This document shows, in pieces, positions 1 to 11,709 of a DNA stretch of 64,000 bases (position 1 is its first letter; every line of letters begins with the position of its first letter). Both the position numbers and the translations under genes were made by a program. The stretch comes from Isurus oxyrinchus (lineage: Eukaryota), in the NCBI GenBank assembly GCA_026770705.1, contig JANJGN010000001.1:152892001-152956000 (forward strand), read 5' to 3'. Under the pieces are notes generated by a model. The model was not told the DNA's origin and searched no databases. It saw only the letters and a program-made list of their open reading frames with translations.

Positions 1-12
1 ATATTAACTATA

Positions 13-101
13 AAAACAGAAAATGCTGGAAATACTCAACAGTTCTGGCAGCATCTGTGGAGAGGGAAACAGGGTTAAAGTTTCATGTCAATGACCTTTC
101 A
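13..101 (-). mobile_element. Short Penelope-derived element (pLTR 3' part with degenerate hammerhead)
   Basis: Reverse strand reads tgaaaggtcattgacatgaaactttaaccctg...tccacagatgctgccaga...ccagcattttctgttttt, the same tail as the Penelope copies at 39823 and 63190-63285. Confidence 0.7.
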
Positions 102-516
102 ACTGTATTGACTCCCAGGCTACTATCTTCTGTTTTACTTTTTCAGTTTGTACCTTCCTTTGCTATATTTTGTTTAAATTTAAATCTACAAAACTAGTGG
201 AGAAGACATGCAGTAACGTTCCTGGACTAATCACTCAGTTACCTTCAGTTTCCAAGAGTTTAATAAAGTTAATGACTTAGGCTACCAGCCTTATCTGGAA
301 TTCCAGTTGCCATGATTTATCGCACCGTGAAACTACATGGATTTATGAAAATTATCCATCAATTAAGCAAAGAAATTCTATGAAACAGAATATAGTAAAG
401 AATTATGTTTCTAAGGATTAGCTTTGTCAGAGGATGTTAAGTGTATTGTTCACTGTTATTCTGTAAACAACTGATTGCATGAAATAAAACTATTCTCTCT
501 TATATATTACTATCAG

Positions 517-679
517 GCAGCTAAAGTGACAACGTCATCCAACAACTTTCCTAAATACTATCAAACTATACGTACATTGTGCATTGATTCAGTGACAGTC
601 AATGACACCGGAAGTTTTACATGTTTCGCCAGAAATGATTTTGGTATGTCAAATGCCACAGTGTTTCTACAGATTATCG
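517..679 (+). CDS. KIT: KIT-family receptor tyrosine kinase, exon equivalent to KIT exon 5 (end of Ig domain 3)
   Basis: tatcag|GCA...ATC G|gtaaaa, phase 0 to 1. Peptide AAKVTTSSNNFPKYYQTIRTLCIDSVTVNDTGSFTCFARNDFGMSNATVFLQII resembles KIT ...[35 protein letters not shown]. Confidence 0.88.
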
Positions 680-1344
680 GTAAAATACTTTATTACAATT
701 CAGCAAAAGATAAATGGTTATGAAATATTGGCATCTGAGTACTTGGGATATGTTTAGAAAAGGTCCATGTAAAGTGGCTTCTTCTTTCCATCAAAGCAAA
801 TTAAGTAATATAACTTAGATATGAAATTAACCAAAGTCCATTTGAAAAGTTATTCTGTCCAATGTTATCTAAATGAAGTTCTAAGTCACAAACTAAATCT
901 GGATGTCTTTGCAAAAAAAGGCTATATTTTGTAACAGTTAATTGTTATCCTGTGGGTTAATATAGCTTGGATATTACTGTGACTGGTTAGATTGAATCTA
1001 TAGCACAGTAACATGAATTTGGCTCACCTGGTCTATGCCTTCATTTATGCTCCACACGAGCCTCCTTCCATCTCTCTTCATTTAACCATTACTGTTCTCT
1101 TATATTCCTTTCTCCCTTATGTCTTATCTAGCCTCCCGTTAAATCATTTAAGAAGAAGCTAGATAACCACATGTACAACAGCTTCATCCAGCAGTGTTAA
1201 ATTTCTCTTTGATATTTAATAGTCATCAACTCTGTGAGTGTTAATTACTTTTATAAAACAATGGAGAGAAAAAGTTGATACGAGCGCATTAAATGTTTGT
1301 ACAAAGATATCACTTAAAGTGCTTTCTTATGAAATTTAGAAGTG

Positions 1345-1520
1345 ACACACTTCCCCACATTATAAACAATCTGCCATCTCATTGCCCTGTCACTTAACCT
1401 CTTCATATCTCCTTGCAGCCTCTTTGTGTCCTCCTCACAGTTTTCATTCCTGCCTAGCTTTGTATCATCAGCAAACTTGGATACTTTACCCTCGGTCTCT
1501 TCATTTCAGTCATTAATGTG
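1345..1520 (-). mobile_element. CR1-type LINE RT fragment
   Basis: Reverse strand encodes SKFADDTKLG...EEDTKRLQGD...QW-like RT segment. Confidence 0.65.
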
Positions 1521-1980
1521 CTACTGGACTAGTGATCCAGAGGCTTGGACTAATGATCTGGAAACATGAGCTCTAATCCCACCATGGCAACTGGGGAAAT
1601 TTGAATTCAAATAATTAAGAAAAAAAATCTAGAATAAAATGCTAGTCTCATTAATAATGATCGTGAAACTGCTGGATTGTCATAAAACCCATCTGGTTCA
1701 CTAATGTGCTTCAGCAGAGGAAATATACCACCCTTATCCGGTCCGGAAAAAATGTGACTCTAGATTCACAGAAGCGTGATCCTTAACTGTCATTGTCTTC
1801 TGAAATGGCGCAGCAAACCACTCAGTAGTATCAAACGCATACAGAAAACATTGTGAGTGCACCTAGACCACAAGGACTTTTGAGGTTCAAAAGGTGCCTC
1901 ACCACCACCTTTTCAAGGGCAATTGAGGATGGACAATAGACGCCCGCCTTGTCAGTGACTTTCACATCCCAAGAACCAAG
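1520..1980 (+). mobile_element. tRNA-derived SINE with LINE-shared 3' tail
   Basis: Core aaaacccatctggttcactaatg...gtgactc...ctgaaatgg. 3' end ctcaccaccaccttttcaagggcaatt...cacatccc matches the LINE ends at ~2850 and ~29470. Confidence 0.7.
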
Positions 1981-2029
1981 AAAAAACAAATTGATCCTTG
2001 CACAGTTCCATTGGTTACAGCCTGCCAAC

Positions 2030-2575
2030 TTTAAAATATGTTGTTTATCTCAACTCTCTTCTACCTGTCCATTAACCAATCATCCAGAAATGCTAAGATG
2101 TTACCCCAACCCCAAGAGCCCTCATGGATATAGACCTTTGTTTAACACTTTATCAAATGTCTTTTGGCGATCCAAAGTATACTACCTCTACTGGCTCCCC
2201 TTTATCCACGCTGCTAGTTATATCCTCTAATAACTGTAATAAATTTGTGAAACACAATTTTCCTTTTGTAAAATCATGTTGACTCTGTCTGATCATACTA
2301 TGGTTTTCTTAGTGCATTGCTAGGATTTCCTTTATAATAAACTCCAGCATTTTCCCAGAGTGATGTCGTGCTAACTGGCCTGTAGTTCCGTTTTCTCTCT
2401 CCCTCCTTTCTTGAATAACGTTGTCACGTTTGCTAACTTTCAATCCAGTGGGACCATTCTAGAATCAGGAGAATTTTGGAAAATCATAATCAGTGTGTCC
2501 ACTATCTCTGCAGCTACTTCTTTCAGAACCCCAGGATGTAGGCCCTCAGGTGCAGGGAATTGTTGATTTTCAGCC
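2030..2575 (-). mobile_element. Decayed CR1 LINE ORF2 fragment
   Basis: Reverse strand retains ...PEGLHPGVLKEVAAEIVD...WK.ANVT...NYRPVS motifs. Confidence 0.7.
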
Positions 2576-2849
2576 CTTTGTAATAATACTTAATTTACTG
2601 TGACATCAGCATTCTGAACTTCAGATACCAGCAGCTCTATTTTTATATTGTGTTTTATAATTCTACAGAAAATTTTGTGTTGGTGCTAAGTAAATTCAGT
2701 TGTTCACTGGAGCAAGCAGGACAATGTGATTAAGAATCAAATAGTTAAAAATTCTGCTCCAAAAAAATGATGCAGTGGATTGTTTACTGCAAAGCTCCAA
2801 CCTGACTCCGAAATTCCCGATTGTACTGTCCTGAGACCTTTTTTAAAAT

Positions 2850-4003
2850 TAATTTTATAGGATGTGGGCATTGCTGGCTAGGCCAGCATTTATTGCTCAT
2901 CCCTAATTGCCCTTGAGAAAGTGGTGGTGAGCTGCTTCTTGAACTGCTGCAGTCCATGTGGTGTAGGTACACTCCCAGTGCTGTTAGGAAGGGAGTTCCA
3001 GGATTTTGGCCCAGCGACAGCGAAGGAGCAGCGATATATTTCCAAGTCAGGATGCTGTGTGGCTTGGAGGGAAACTTGCAGCTGATGGTGTCCCATGTGT
3101 CTGGCACCCTTGTCCTCCTAGGGGTAGCGGCCGTGGCTTTGGAAGTTGTTGTCTAAGGAGTCTTGGTAAGCTGCTGCAGTGCATCTTATACATTGTACAC
3201 ACTGCTGCCATTGTGCATTGGTAGTAGAGGTGTTGAAAGTTTGTAGATGGAGTGCCAATCAAGCTGGTTGCTTTTCCCTGAATGGTGTCAAGCTTCGAGT
3301 GTTTTTGGAGCTGCACTCATCCAGGCAAGTGAACAGCATTCCATCACGCTCCTGCTTTGTGCCTTGTAGATGGTGGTCAGGCTTTGGGGAGTCGGGAGGT
3401 GAGTTACTCACCACAGGATTGCTAGCCTCTGACCTGCTTTGGTAGCTACAGTATTTATATGGCTAGCCCAGTACAGTTTCTGGTCAATAGTAACCCCCAG
3501 GATGTTGATAGTGGAGGATTCAGTGATGGTAATGCTATTAAATGTCAAGGGGCGATGGTTAGATTCTGTCTTGTTGGTCTTGCTGCATTTGGAAATGGAC
3601 TGTTTCAGTGTCTGAGGAGCCGCAATCATCAGCAAACATCCCCGCTTCTGACCTTATGATGGAAGAATGGTCATTGACGAAGTAGCTGAAGATGGTTGGG
3701 CCTAGGACGCTACCCTGAGGAACTCCTGCAGTGATGCCCTGGAATTGAGATGATAGACTTCCAACAAGCACAACCATTTTTTGTGCCAGTATGACTCCAA
3801 CCAGTGGAGAGTTTTCCCCTTGATTCTTGTTGACTCCAGTTTTACTAGGGCTCCTTGATGCCACACTCAGACAAATGCTGCCTTCATGTCAAGCGGAGTC
3901 ACTCTCACCTCACCTCTGGAGTTCAGCTCTTTTGTCCATGTTGGAACCAAGGCTGTAATGAGGTGAGGAGTTGAGTGACCCTGGCGGAACCCAAACTGAG
4001 CGC
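2850..4003 (-). mobile_element. CR1-clade LINE, 3' part (RT plus 3' UTR)
   Basis: GVPQGSVLGPTIFS...FADDC and LGVTIDQKLYWASHI motifs. 3' tail shared with the SINEs. Confidence 0.85.
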
Positions 4004-4262
4004 CTTGTTCTTGTTCTGGTTGGCACTGGGTGCAGTATAGTTAAATAGAAGTAGAAAGTGATTATATTTCATTGCACCATCATAAGCAAATATTATTAAC
4101 ACAATACCTGTGTGCTTTTTCTTAAATATTTATCATTTAAAATAGCATTTATTTATCTATTATAATTAGTGCAGAAAGATTTTCAAAAGTTGCTTTTATA
4201 AATATTATTAAATGTTTTATGTGATCATTTCTCATGTCTTTCCTTTGTATGGTTTCAACCAG

Positions 4263-4449
4263 CTGAAGGATATATAAAGTTGTTACCTCCAGAGAGCAGT
4301 GTGCATCATGTAAACATTGGAGAAAACCTTGTGCTAAATGTGGAGTTTGATGCCTATCCAGCTCCTGATCAGCAGTACTGGATTCACATGAATGAGACAT
4401 TACTTAACACGTCGGACCATTTTATTAAATCTGCAAAAGTGGGAAACAG
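4263..4449 (+). CDS. KIT: KIT exon 6 equivalent (Ig domain 4, first half)
   Basis: caaccag|CT...AAC AG|gtacct, phase 1 to 2. EGYIKLLPPESSVHHVNIGENLVLNVEFDAYPAPDQQYWIHMNETLLNTSDHFIKSAKVGNR resembles KIT KGFINIFP...[27 protein letters not shown]. Confidence 0.92.
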
Positions 4450-4584
4450 GTACCTAATATCCAAATGTGATTGTACACAAGGGTGCAGTACTTAATAGTT
4501 GAAATGTTTTTATCATGAATCGCAATAGTTCACATTGGTTTTCCAGTTGTTTTGTCTTTATTCTGTTAGATGATACTGACAATG

Positions 4585-5214
4585 AGCTGAATTTTCCCAG
4601 TTGGGTCGTGATCCTGACGTCGGCCTCAATTCTGGGTCGGGAACCTGGATGTGGCCATGGCGGGATGTCACTTCCAGGAGGCGCCAATCAAGGAGCCCAA
4701 TTAATGATGGTAGGCAGCCCAGTGAAATGGGAAGCCCAATAGGAGAGCTCGTAGTGATGCCCGGTCAGCAACCCTGATGCAAGAGGTGGATGCTTCTGAG
4801 ACAGGCAGGAGACCTTAAGGATGCCTCACAATGGAGGGGCACTTTGCAGGTTTGCAAACGTTTAATGGTCACAGCTGTAACCATCATTGAAGAGGCGGTA
4901 CCCATTGACAGGATGGCTTGTGGTTAAAGCTTTGGCCAGCGCATCCCAGAGGCACCATGCTGGGCTGATGGAGAGGAGGCATCTATGGCCCTCTAATCTG
5001 CCATGGTGGGACCACCTCAAGTTAAGTTGATGGGCTCCGGCATCAATGGGGCCCAGGACACTATTGGGAAGATCCTGGTGTCAGTGACATCTCTCTATTA
5101 GCCCAGTAATGGGACTGATTGACTACCTGCCAATTGACTCAATGTGCTTTTTTACAGTTTTGCTCCTGGTCACATCTCATAACCCGCTTCCATAGGAGCG
5201 GGAAAGTTCTTTCC
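4585..5214. mobile_element. MITE-like non-autonomous DNA element
   Basis: Termini gctgaattttccc...gggaaagttc resemble the GGG(C/T)NGAATTTT TIR class seen throughout the window. Confidence 0.45.
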
Positions 5215-5841
5215 AATGAATGAGGGATCACCCCTCTCATATTGCAGTGTGCCGTTAATCTGGTCATTCAAACTGAGTGGGAAGGATTTTGTACTCAGCA
5301 GCAAACAAATAGCACCAGCCATTTGTTACATTTGCACTGGTCCATTGACTTTCTACAGGCTTTTGCAGTCTAAGTTCCTCTTAGCTAAACATCCAAGAAA
5401 TGTAGTATGCTTTATAGATGATGAGAGCCCTGTGTGAACAAGACAAACAACTGTTCACCTCCTTACCCAGTCAGATTGAAGAATCATTATCCAGCAGCAA
5501 AATCTCAGATAAAGAGAGGAAAAAAGATTGGAATAAGAGAGAGATAAAAGAGACAGAAAGAAAAAGTTTAAAAATTGATCTATATTACAAAAAATTGACA
5601 ATCATTCAAATATGAAGGAATGAGACTCCACATTTAGTGTGTGCCAGCAAGGCTGTTTGGCAGTAACCTCATTGTTACTTCTGTTGCAATATCCGATCCA
5701 TTAATTCACAATCATAATTTTGTGTGGACATTATTGAGAGAAATTTATGTGCCAGGCTCGCTACAAATATAAAGTTGTTTCTATCCTTGTGTTTTGATCT
5801 AACAGTCACTGTTCTATTATTACCATATATGTCATTCATAG

Positions 5842-5957
5842 ATACATTAGTGAACTGCATGTGGTTCGAGTAAAGGGAACAGAAGGTGGAATTTATACAT
5901 TTTTTGCTTCAAATTCTGATTCCAATTCATCAGTTTCATTTGATGTGCACATAAACA
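5842..5957 (+). CDS. KIT: KIT exon 7 equivalent (Ig domain 4, second half); absent from the ORF track
   Basis: catag|A TAC...AAC A|gtaagt, 116 bp, phase 2 to 1. [38 protein letters not shown] versus KIT [26 protein letters not shown]. The D4 homotypic-contact motif R-x-K-G-T-E is retained. Confidence 0.95.
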
Positions 5958-6022
5958 GTAAGTTGAAGATTACCTGTAAATTGTCACGTGACAAATGTTA
6001 AGAAGAGATCATTGGTTCATTT

Positions 6023-6835
6023 AGGCCTGAATTTTTGCTCCTGGATTAGGAGCACTGAGTCGGGACAAGTCGGCTTCAGTGTGGGATGGTGGACGGGGCA
6101 GGTTGAGGTTGCAGTGGGCACAGGATGGAGTTTGGCCATTCTGCTGGGCGCAGATTGGAGGTGGCCACAGGGGCTGCCACGTGCTGAGGCAGGCTGTTTA
6201 AAAGGCCTGCCATTGTCTTTTGAGACACAGTCCCACTTCTTTCCTTAAATTTTAGGCCCTCTAGCCCTCATCCTTCACACTCCATCACACCTTCGCCCAC
6301 TCATCATGCCCCATGCCACCCCCATGGCCCCTTATAGTCCCATGTCAACATAATGCCAGCCTATTCCCCCTCCCATCACCCTTTGCCCTTATGCCCTCCA
6401 TGCCAACTCACCCACTATCCATCATGGGCAGACCTCAGGAGCCATGTTTAAATAAAATAAAATGAAGGACTAAATATCTATTACAGAATTTACTAGGGTG
6501 AAAAAACACACCCATTCATGAAAGCCCATTCAAAACTCTGACACTTGTAAAAGCAAATAAGACTTGTATTTATAACTGCACTCAAAGACAGCTAATCTTT
6601 GAATAACCTCTTTGAGCTGTCAATCAAACTATTAAGTTAGAACCTCTGCTTAGGTAATTATAGGTTGTGGAAAGCAGCCAAGCATTAATAATGACATAAT
6701 GATAGCCCTTGGAGAAAATTCAGAAAGCAGCTATTGTATCTAATAGAACATATTTTTATTAAACTCTCACTGACACAGGCAGGCTGATTTGTTTTAAATT
6801 TTTAATGGGCTGGGGATTGAAATAAATTCACACCT
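6023..6835. mobile_element. MITE family A copy (truncated)
   Basis: Starts ggcctgaatttt. Internal blocks (gcagacctcagga, aaagcccattcaaa, gagctgtcaatc) recur at 23700-25628 and 38238-41903. Confidence 0.65.
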
Positions 6836-7379
6836 TAGGGCAGGAATTTGCGTTCGGTGAGTGGGCGCGCGCCCGACCTGCTCGAGAGTTAAATGATGCC
6901 CACAATCAAGGTTAAGGCTCAAAAGTCTGAAATATGAGAGTCCTTCTCTTGTTTCTTTTGTTAAGATAGGAGTCCCATTTGCTATTTACTAACTCATTAG
7001 AAAATTATCTCATTCCTCTTGAGCTTTGAAAAATACAAAGGAGCAAGTTTGAAATTCTTTTATCTAATCCTGCCAGCGTCCTTCAGCTGAAAATTTCAAG
7101 GCTGGAATCTTGTCTACCTTAACTTTTTAAACTTTTTCTATGATACATTCCCTGCGGACACAAAATATTTTGAGTCTATCTTCTTTATACTCTTTCCTCA
7201 ACTCTGATATCCCCTTTCCCTTCCAACGGTTAAAAAAGTTACAAAATAATAAATTAATAATCCAACAACTTTGCTGTCCAAAGGCCCCACTTCCCACTAC
7301 GTGATAAATGATCCAATTATCATATTCACTCTTCCTTCCGCCTGGTAGAGTTAAAAATGCTTCATTTTTATGTCTGAAG

Positions 7380-7485
7380 AAACTCTGTTTCACTCTCCAC
7401 AGGTGCTGTCGGACCTGCTTTGAGTTTTTCCAACATTTTTTGTTTTTATTTCAGATATTCAGCATCTGCAGTATTTTGCTTTTAT
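7380..7485 (+). mobile_element. Short Penelope-derived tail
   Basis: ctctccacaggtgctg...gacctgc...ttttattTcaga...cagcatctgcagtattttgc, homologous to 63190-63285. Confidence 0.65.
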
Positions 7486-7515
7486 CAATTTTATGTCTCA
7501 TGAGATTGCTCTCAT

Positions 7516-8200
7516 GGCTAGGATTTTTAGCTCGGCAAGCGGAGGCGGGCCCTGCTCGCCAAGGTTTAAAATAATGCGGGGTGACGTCGGGTGTGTGTCC
7601 CAACATCACTGTGCATCATTTAGATTTTCAGTTCAGCAGGCACGCAGCCAACTCGGCTGCACACCCGCCAAACTGTCAAAGGCCTATTAAGGCCATTAAA
7701 AAACTAATTAAAGCAATAAACTGAGCTGCCTGCCCAACCTTATTGGCGGACAGGCGAAGAGCCCAGGCGGCCTTCACATTTTTCATGGAACCTCATCCAC
7801 GGGCAGGATTAGGTTTTGTGAAATGTTTATAAATTGAACAAAAATTTTTATACGAATTCATTGACTAGTCCCAGCTCATGTGACACTGTCATATGAGGGG
7901 ACATGTCTTCAAATGTTTTTTTTTTCTTTATTTACCTTTTTAAAACATAAACTAATCTCCTTGAGGCACAGAGGTGCCTCAGGGAGATTTCTGCACTCTT
8001 TCATGCACATGCCCTGACTCAGGGAATTCCACCCCCCCACCCACCCACACAGAGAGCGCTTAGTGCTTCTGGGCACGCATCACGTTGGGTGGGCCTTAAT
8101 TGGCCGGCCCGTGTAAAATGGCAGCGTGGACCCGATCGGGGGCACTGACCGGGTTCGCGCCTGCCCCGCACAACCCCCCCCGACGGGGAAAATTCTCCCC
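7516..8200. mobile_element. Harbinger-derived MITE family B, full length
   Basis: CAT|ggctaggatttt...aaaattctcccc|CAT (3-bp TSD). Three internal hairpins. Ends homologous to the Harbinger at 44726-48542. Confidence 0.8.
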
Positions 8201-8643
8201 CATGTTTCCTCTGCATCTCATCATTTTCTGGTGTTCATCCATCTGATGTTATGATCCCTATTCCACTCCTTCCTTGTACATTTCATCATTTTATGTACAG
8301 TTTCTTTCACCTTAATATCTTCCCTGACTTTCTCACATATGAAGACTGTATATGGTGAATATGATAATAGATATTATTTTATATAATATAAATATATATA
8401 TTTACTGCATCATTCTAATCTTGCTTTGTAATTAACTAGATTGCAAAATGACTTAACTAGAAGCTGATTATGTACAACATATCTGTCTCATGCAACAATA
8501 TTGGTAACAGCTAAAAACACTCTGATTTGATTCTCACCATAAAATTTTACTATTCATTAATATAATACGCAACATTGACTCTCAGATATCTTCAATGTGC
8601 TGTCAAGAACACCAATAATGTTGTTTATTCTACTATATTGCAG

Positions 8644-8758
8644 GCAGCCCGGAGATAATTACTATTGAAGAACCCAAGCCAGGTCACGTTCGATGTGTAG
8701 CAATAGGATTTCCAAAGCCAAAAATAAAGTGGCTTTATTGCCCTGGACCACAGAAACG
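8644..8758 (+). CDS. KIT: KIT exon 8 equivalent (Ig domain 5, first half); absent from the ORF track
   Basis: ttgcag|GC...AAA CG|gtaagg, 115 bp, phase 1 to 2. SPEIITIEEPKPGHVRCVAIGFPKPKIKWLYCPGPQKR versus KIT [38 protein letters not shown]. Confidence 0.95.
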
Positions 8759-9080
8759 GTAAGGAATATGACCTGTAATTCATCTTATTTAAATGATGGA
8801 AATGGAGGTTAAGGATGTCCTTGCATTTCTTTTCAGAACAATAAAATTTATAATAAATTTGTCATTGTAGTGTCCAATGTTTTGGTGATGTTACTGTTAG
8901 AATGTTCTGGGAGGCTCGAGTTGCGCTTGTTAGTGTATCTGTAATTGACTTATATGAAGTACGTTAGCAGAGAGAACGGAATAAAACAAGTAGATTATAT
9001 TATTAGTGCAAAAAAGCATGAAATAAAAGATTAAAGTGTGCAATTTTTATGGCAATATTTTTCTTGAAAATACACATACA

Positions 9081-9203
9081 GGCCGGGATTTTCTGGCCTT
9101 GCTGTGCGGGAACCGCTGTGTGCGGGATGTGGTGGACCAGCCAAAAGACTTCCGGCAGGGCTGGAAAATCCAGGCGGTGGGGGAAGTTGGAAAATCCTGG
9201 CCA
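9081..9203. mobile_element. Small MITE
   Basis: ACA|ggccgggattttc...gaaaatcctggcc|ACA: TIRs with a 3-bp TSD. Confidence 0.7.
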
Positions 9204-10151
9204 CAGATATTAACACCATAATGGTGCACAGTGATCACCATGTTCTATCCCAACTGTCCCATTTAAGTATTTACAAACTAGCTAAACCTGCATTGTCAAT
9301 TTTCCTGATAGTAACAAACTGACTTAGGTTTGTAAATGGATCAGAGAAAGAGTTATTGCAGTCTGAATTAATGGATGTTTTTGTTATGCATTTTGTAATG
9401 ACTTTTCTGCCTTTATTAGCCGAGATCCTTAAGATTGCGCTCATCGGTGTGTAGCCAGCTCCTTACAGCTTTGACAATATCTTCATTTGCCCTGATAGCT
9501 AGATAACCAAGGTAACAAATAGAGAATGTTTTAATACTATTGCATCTATCCTGTGCCTCATCTACAATATCTTACTCATACCTTCAAAAGAGAAAAGCGT
9601 CACAGCATCAAAATTTCAAACTTCAGCTAAGTAAATTTATTGAACAGCAATAAGCTAAGTAATAGTAATACAAGATTAATATATTTAGAGTAAATGTACT
9701 ACACATCCTTCTGAAAAACAAAACAATAAATGTCCCTGATTTCTATTCAAAGGTATTATTTTATAATAACCTTTACATATCCAATTTTTATAGTTTACTA
9801 CCAGTGCAATCTAAGCACCCTATCCCACCTCTTTGAACAGCTCAGACTGACTCAGTGATTTAACAATCCACAGTCACAAACACCCACCAAATCGTTGTGC
9901 ATTTGAGTTGCCTTCACTTAATTTTGAAAGTAGCTGCCAGTCGTACATATAATTAAATATGCGATGCAATAGGTTTTTGTTTGAATTGCCCTGGTTTCCT
10001 TTTCCAGCTGGCAACCTCGAAGACAATTGAACAATTTTCACAATATTTGTATTGTGTTAGGTTGTGGACTTGTTTTTGAATGCAGGCAGTTTTTAAATTG
10101 CCTTGCCTGGCATTTCTGTCACAGTTCTTTGGTAATAGCCCCTGCAGAGAA

Positions 10152-10801
10152 CTTTGGAATGTGCCAGTATGCAACACTCGGTCGGGGACAACTCTTTGCG
10201 CTGGAAGACCAACAAGTTACGGGCAGACCAAAGAGTGTCTTTCGGGCGAGGTGATGATCCTTCAGCTGCAGTTGATGTTTGTCTCGGTGTGTGTCCCTGG
10301 GAACAGCCCGTAGAGCACAGAGTCTTGTGTCACAGAACTGCTCGGGATGAACCTCGACAGAAACCACTGCATCTCTCTCCAGACCTTCTTTGCAAAGACA
10401 CAATCTACAAGGAGGTGAACAATGGGCTCTTCCCCACCACAGCCACCTCGACGGGCAACGTGCCGAGGGGATGAGACTCCTGGCATGTAGGAAGGATCTG
10501 ACAGGGAGGGCTTCTGAGGGATGCACTAAAGCTTGGGGCAGCTGCCGCAAAGGCGCAATGGGGAAGGGTCGCTGCCTAAGATCTTTCTGCCACAGTGCAC
10601 CGAGGGGCTGGGAACTGTGAAGAGCCCCTCGGGATGTACAGCTCAAAATGAATGTGTAATATTCATTGCTTGTACTGATACACCTTGTGATTCATGTTGT
10701 AAAAGTTGAACCTGATTGTATTTTTGTGATGGTGATTTTGAAATGGTTTGAAATGTTGTTGAAGATATTTTATGATTAAAGTATATTTTTGCAAAAAAAA
10801 G
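10152..10801. mobile_element. Tx1/L1-clade LINE 3' end with 5' inversion
   Basis: Minus part encodes a CCHC-like region (CGGEEPIVHLLVDCVFAKKVW). Plus part encodes the ORF2 C-terminus LRDALKLGAAAAKAQWG, then a 3' UTR and A-tail. TSD agcccctgcagagaa at 10137-10151 and 10802-10816. Confidence 0.85.
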
Positions 10802-11037
10802 AGCCCCTGCAGAGAAAAACACAGAAGGGCCAATTTAGCTATTTTCCCAGGTTTTCTACTGACCTTTCACCTAAATTAATGGGTGAGGTTAGGGTTAGGA
10901 GGGGGAGATCATGAGGACCTAATGAAAGTCCTCTCCCTTACGTATTGTCACTCAATTAAAGGAAATGTTATCCAAGCTAAACTAAACAAGAATTCTTCAT
11001 TTTAGCAGATTGTCATTGGCCATATTATTAGAAATAT

Positions 11038-11250
11038 TTGGAATACTCTACCCCAAAGAGCTGTGGATGCTAAGTCATTGAATATATTCGAGACAGAGAT
11101 AGATAGATTTTTGGATACTGAGGAAATTGAGGGAAATAGCGATGGAGCAGGAAGGTGGAGTTGAGATCAACCATCATCTTGAGTGGTGCAGCAGGCTTGA
11201 AGGGCCAAATGGATTTACTGCTGCTCCTATTTCTAATGTTCTTATGTTCT
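11038..11250 (+). mobile_element. CR1 LINE 3' end abutting the KIT exon 9 acceptor
   Basis: agagctgtggatgc...gagatagatagatttttgg...gcaggcttgaagggccaaatgg...ctcctatttctaatgttcttatgttct, homologous to the CR1 ends at 14290-14520, 36150-36340 and 48700-48800. Confidence 0.85.
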
Positions 11251-11256
11251 TTACAG

Positions 11257-11447
11257 GTGCTCAGACACACCCATGGCAACAGCAGAAGAATTACACTGGA
11301 CAAACAGAATAATACACCGGCCCCATTTTGGAAGGATTGAAGTAGAAAGCATTCTTAACACCAAGGAACTGAACAGCAACATTACGGTGGAGTGCCTGTC
11401 ATCCAACAGTGTTGGCGAGAATCGTGCAATCTATCAGATGAAAGGAG
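11257..11447 (+). CDS. KIT: KIT exon 9 equivalent (Ig domain 5, second half)
   Basis: ttacag|G TGC TCA...GGA G|gtaata, phase 2 to 1. CSDTPM...PHFGRIEVESILNTKELNSNITVECLSSNSVGENRAIYQMKG versus KIT CSAS...[32 protein letters not shown]. Confidence 0.92.
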
Positions 11448-11709
11448 GTAATAACATTCTAAATGAAAGTACATATCAAACCCAAGTAAATAATGCTTTT
11501 GCATTAAAATACTGAGAATATGGCGTGCCTTAATGATTTGTGGGTTGAAATTGCACTTTATGATATTACCAACAAGGTGAAGGATGAAATCTCTGTGTTA
11601 TTTTAGCACAATGCAATTTTGTGGTGTCTGGAAAATGCCTGAACAATTTAATACAGTACATTTCCCTGCCATTTAACTCTTCTGCTCTGTGGACCTCCTG
11701 ACTTTTTTC

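Noticed and set aside
517-11447. CSF1R, FLT3 or PDGFR identity for the exons
   Set aside because: The peptides (YISELH..R.KGTEGG.YTF, W.YCPG..R-CS) match KIT far better. Ortholog versus KIT-like paralog cannot be settled from this window.
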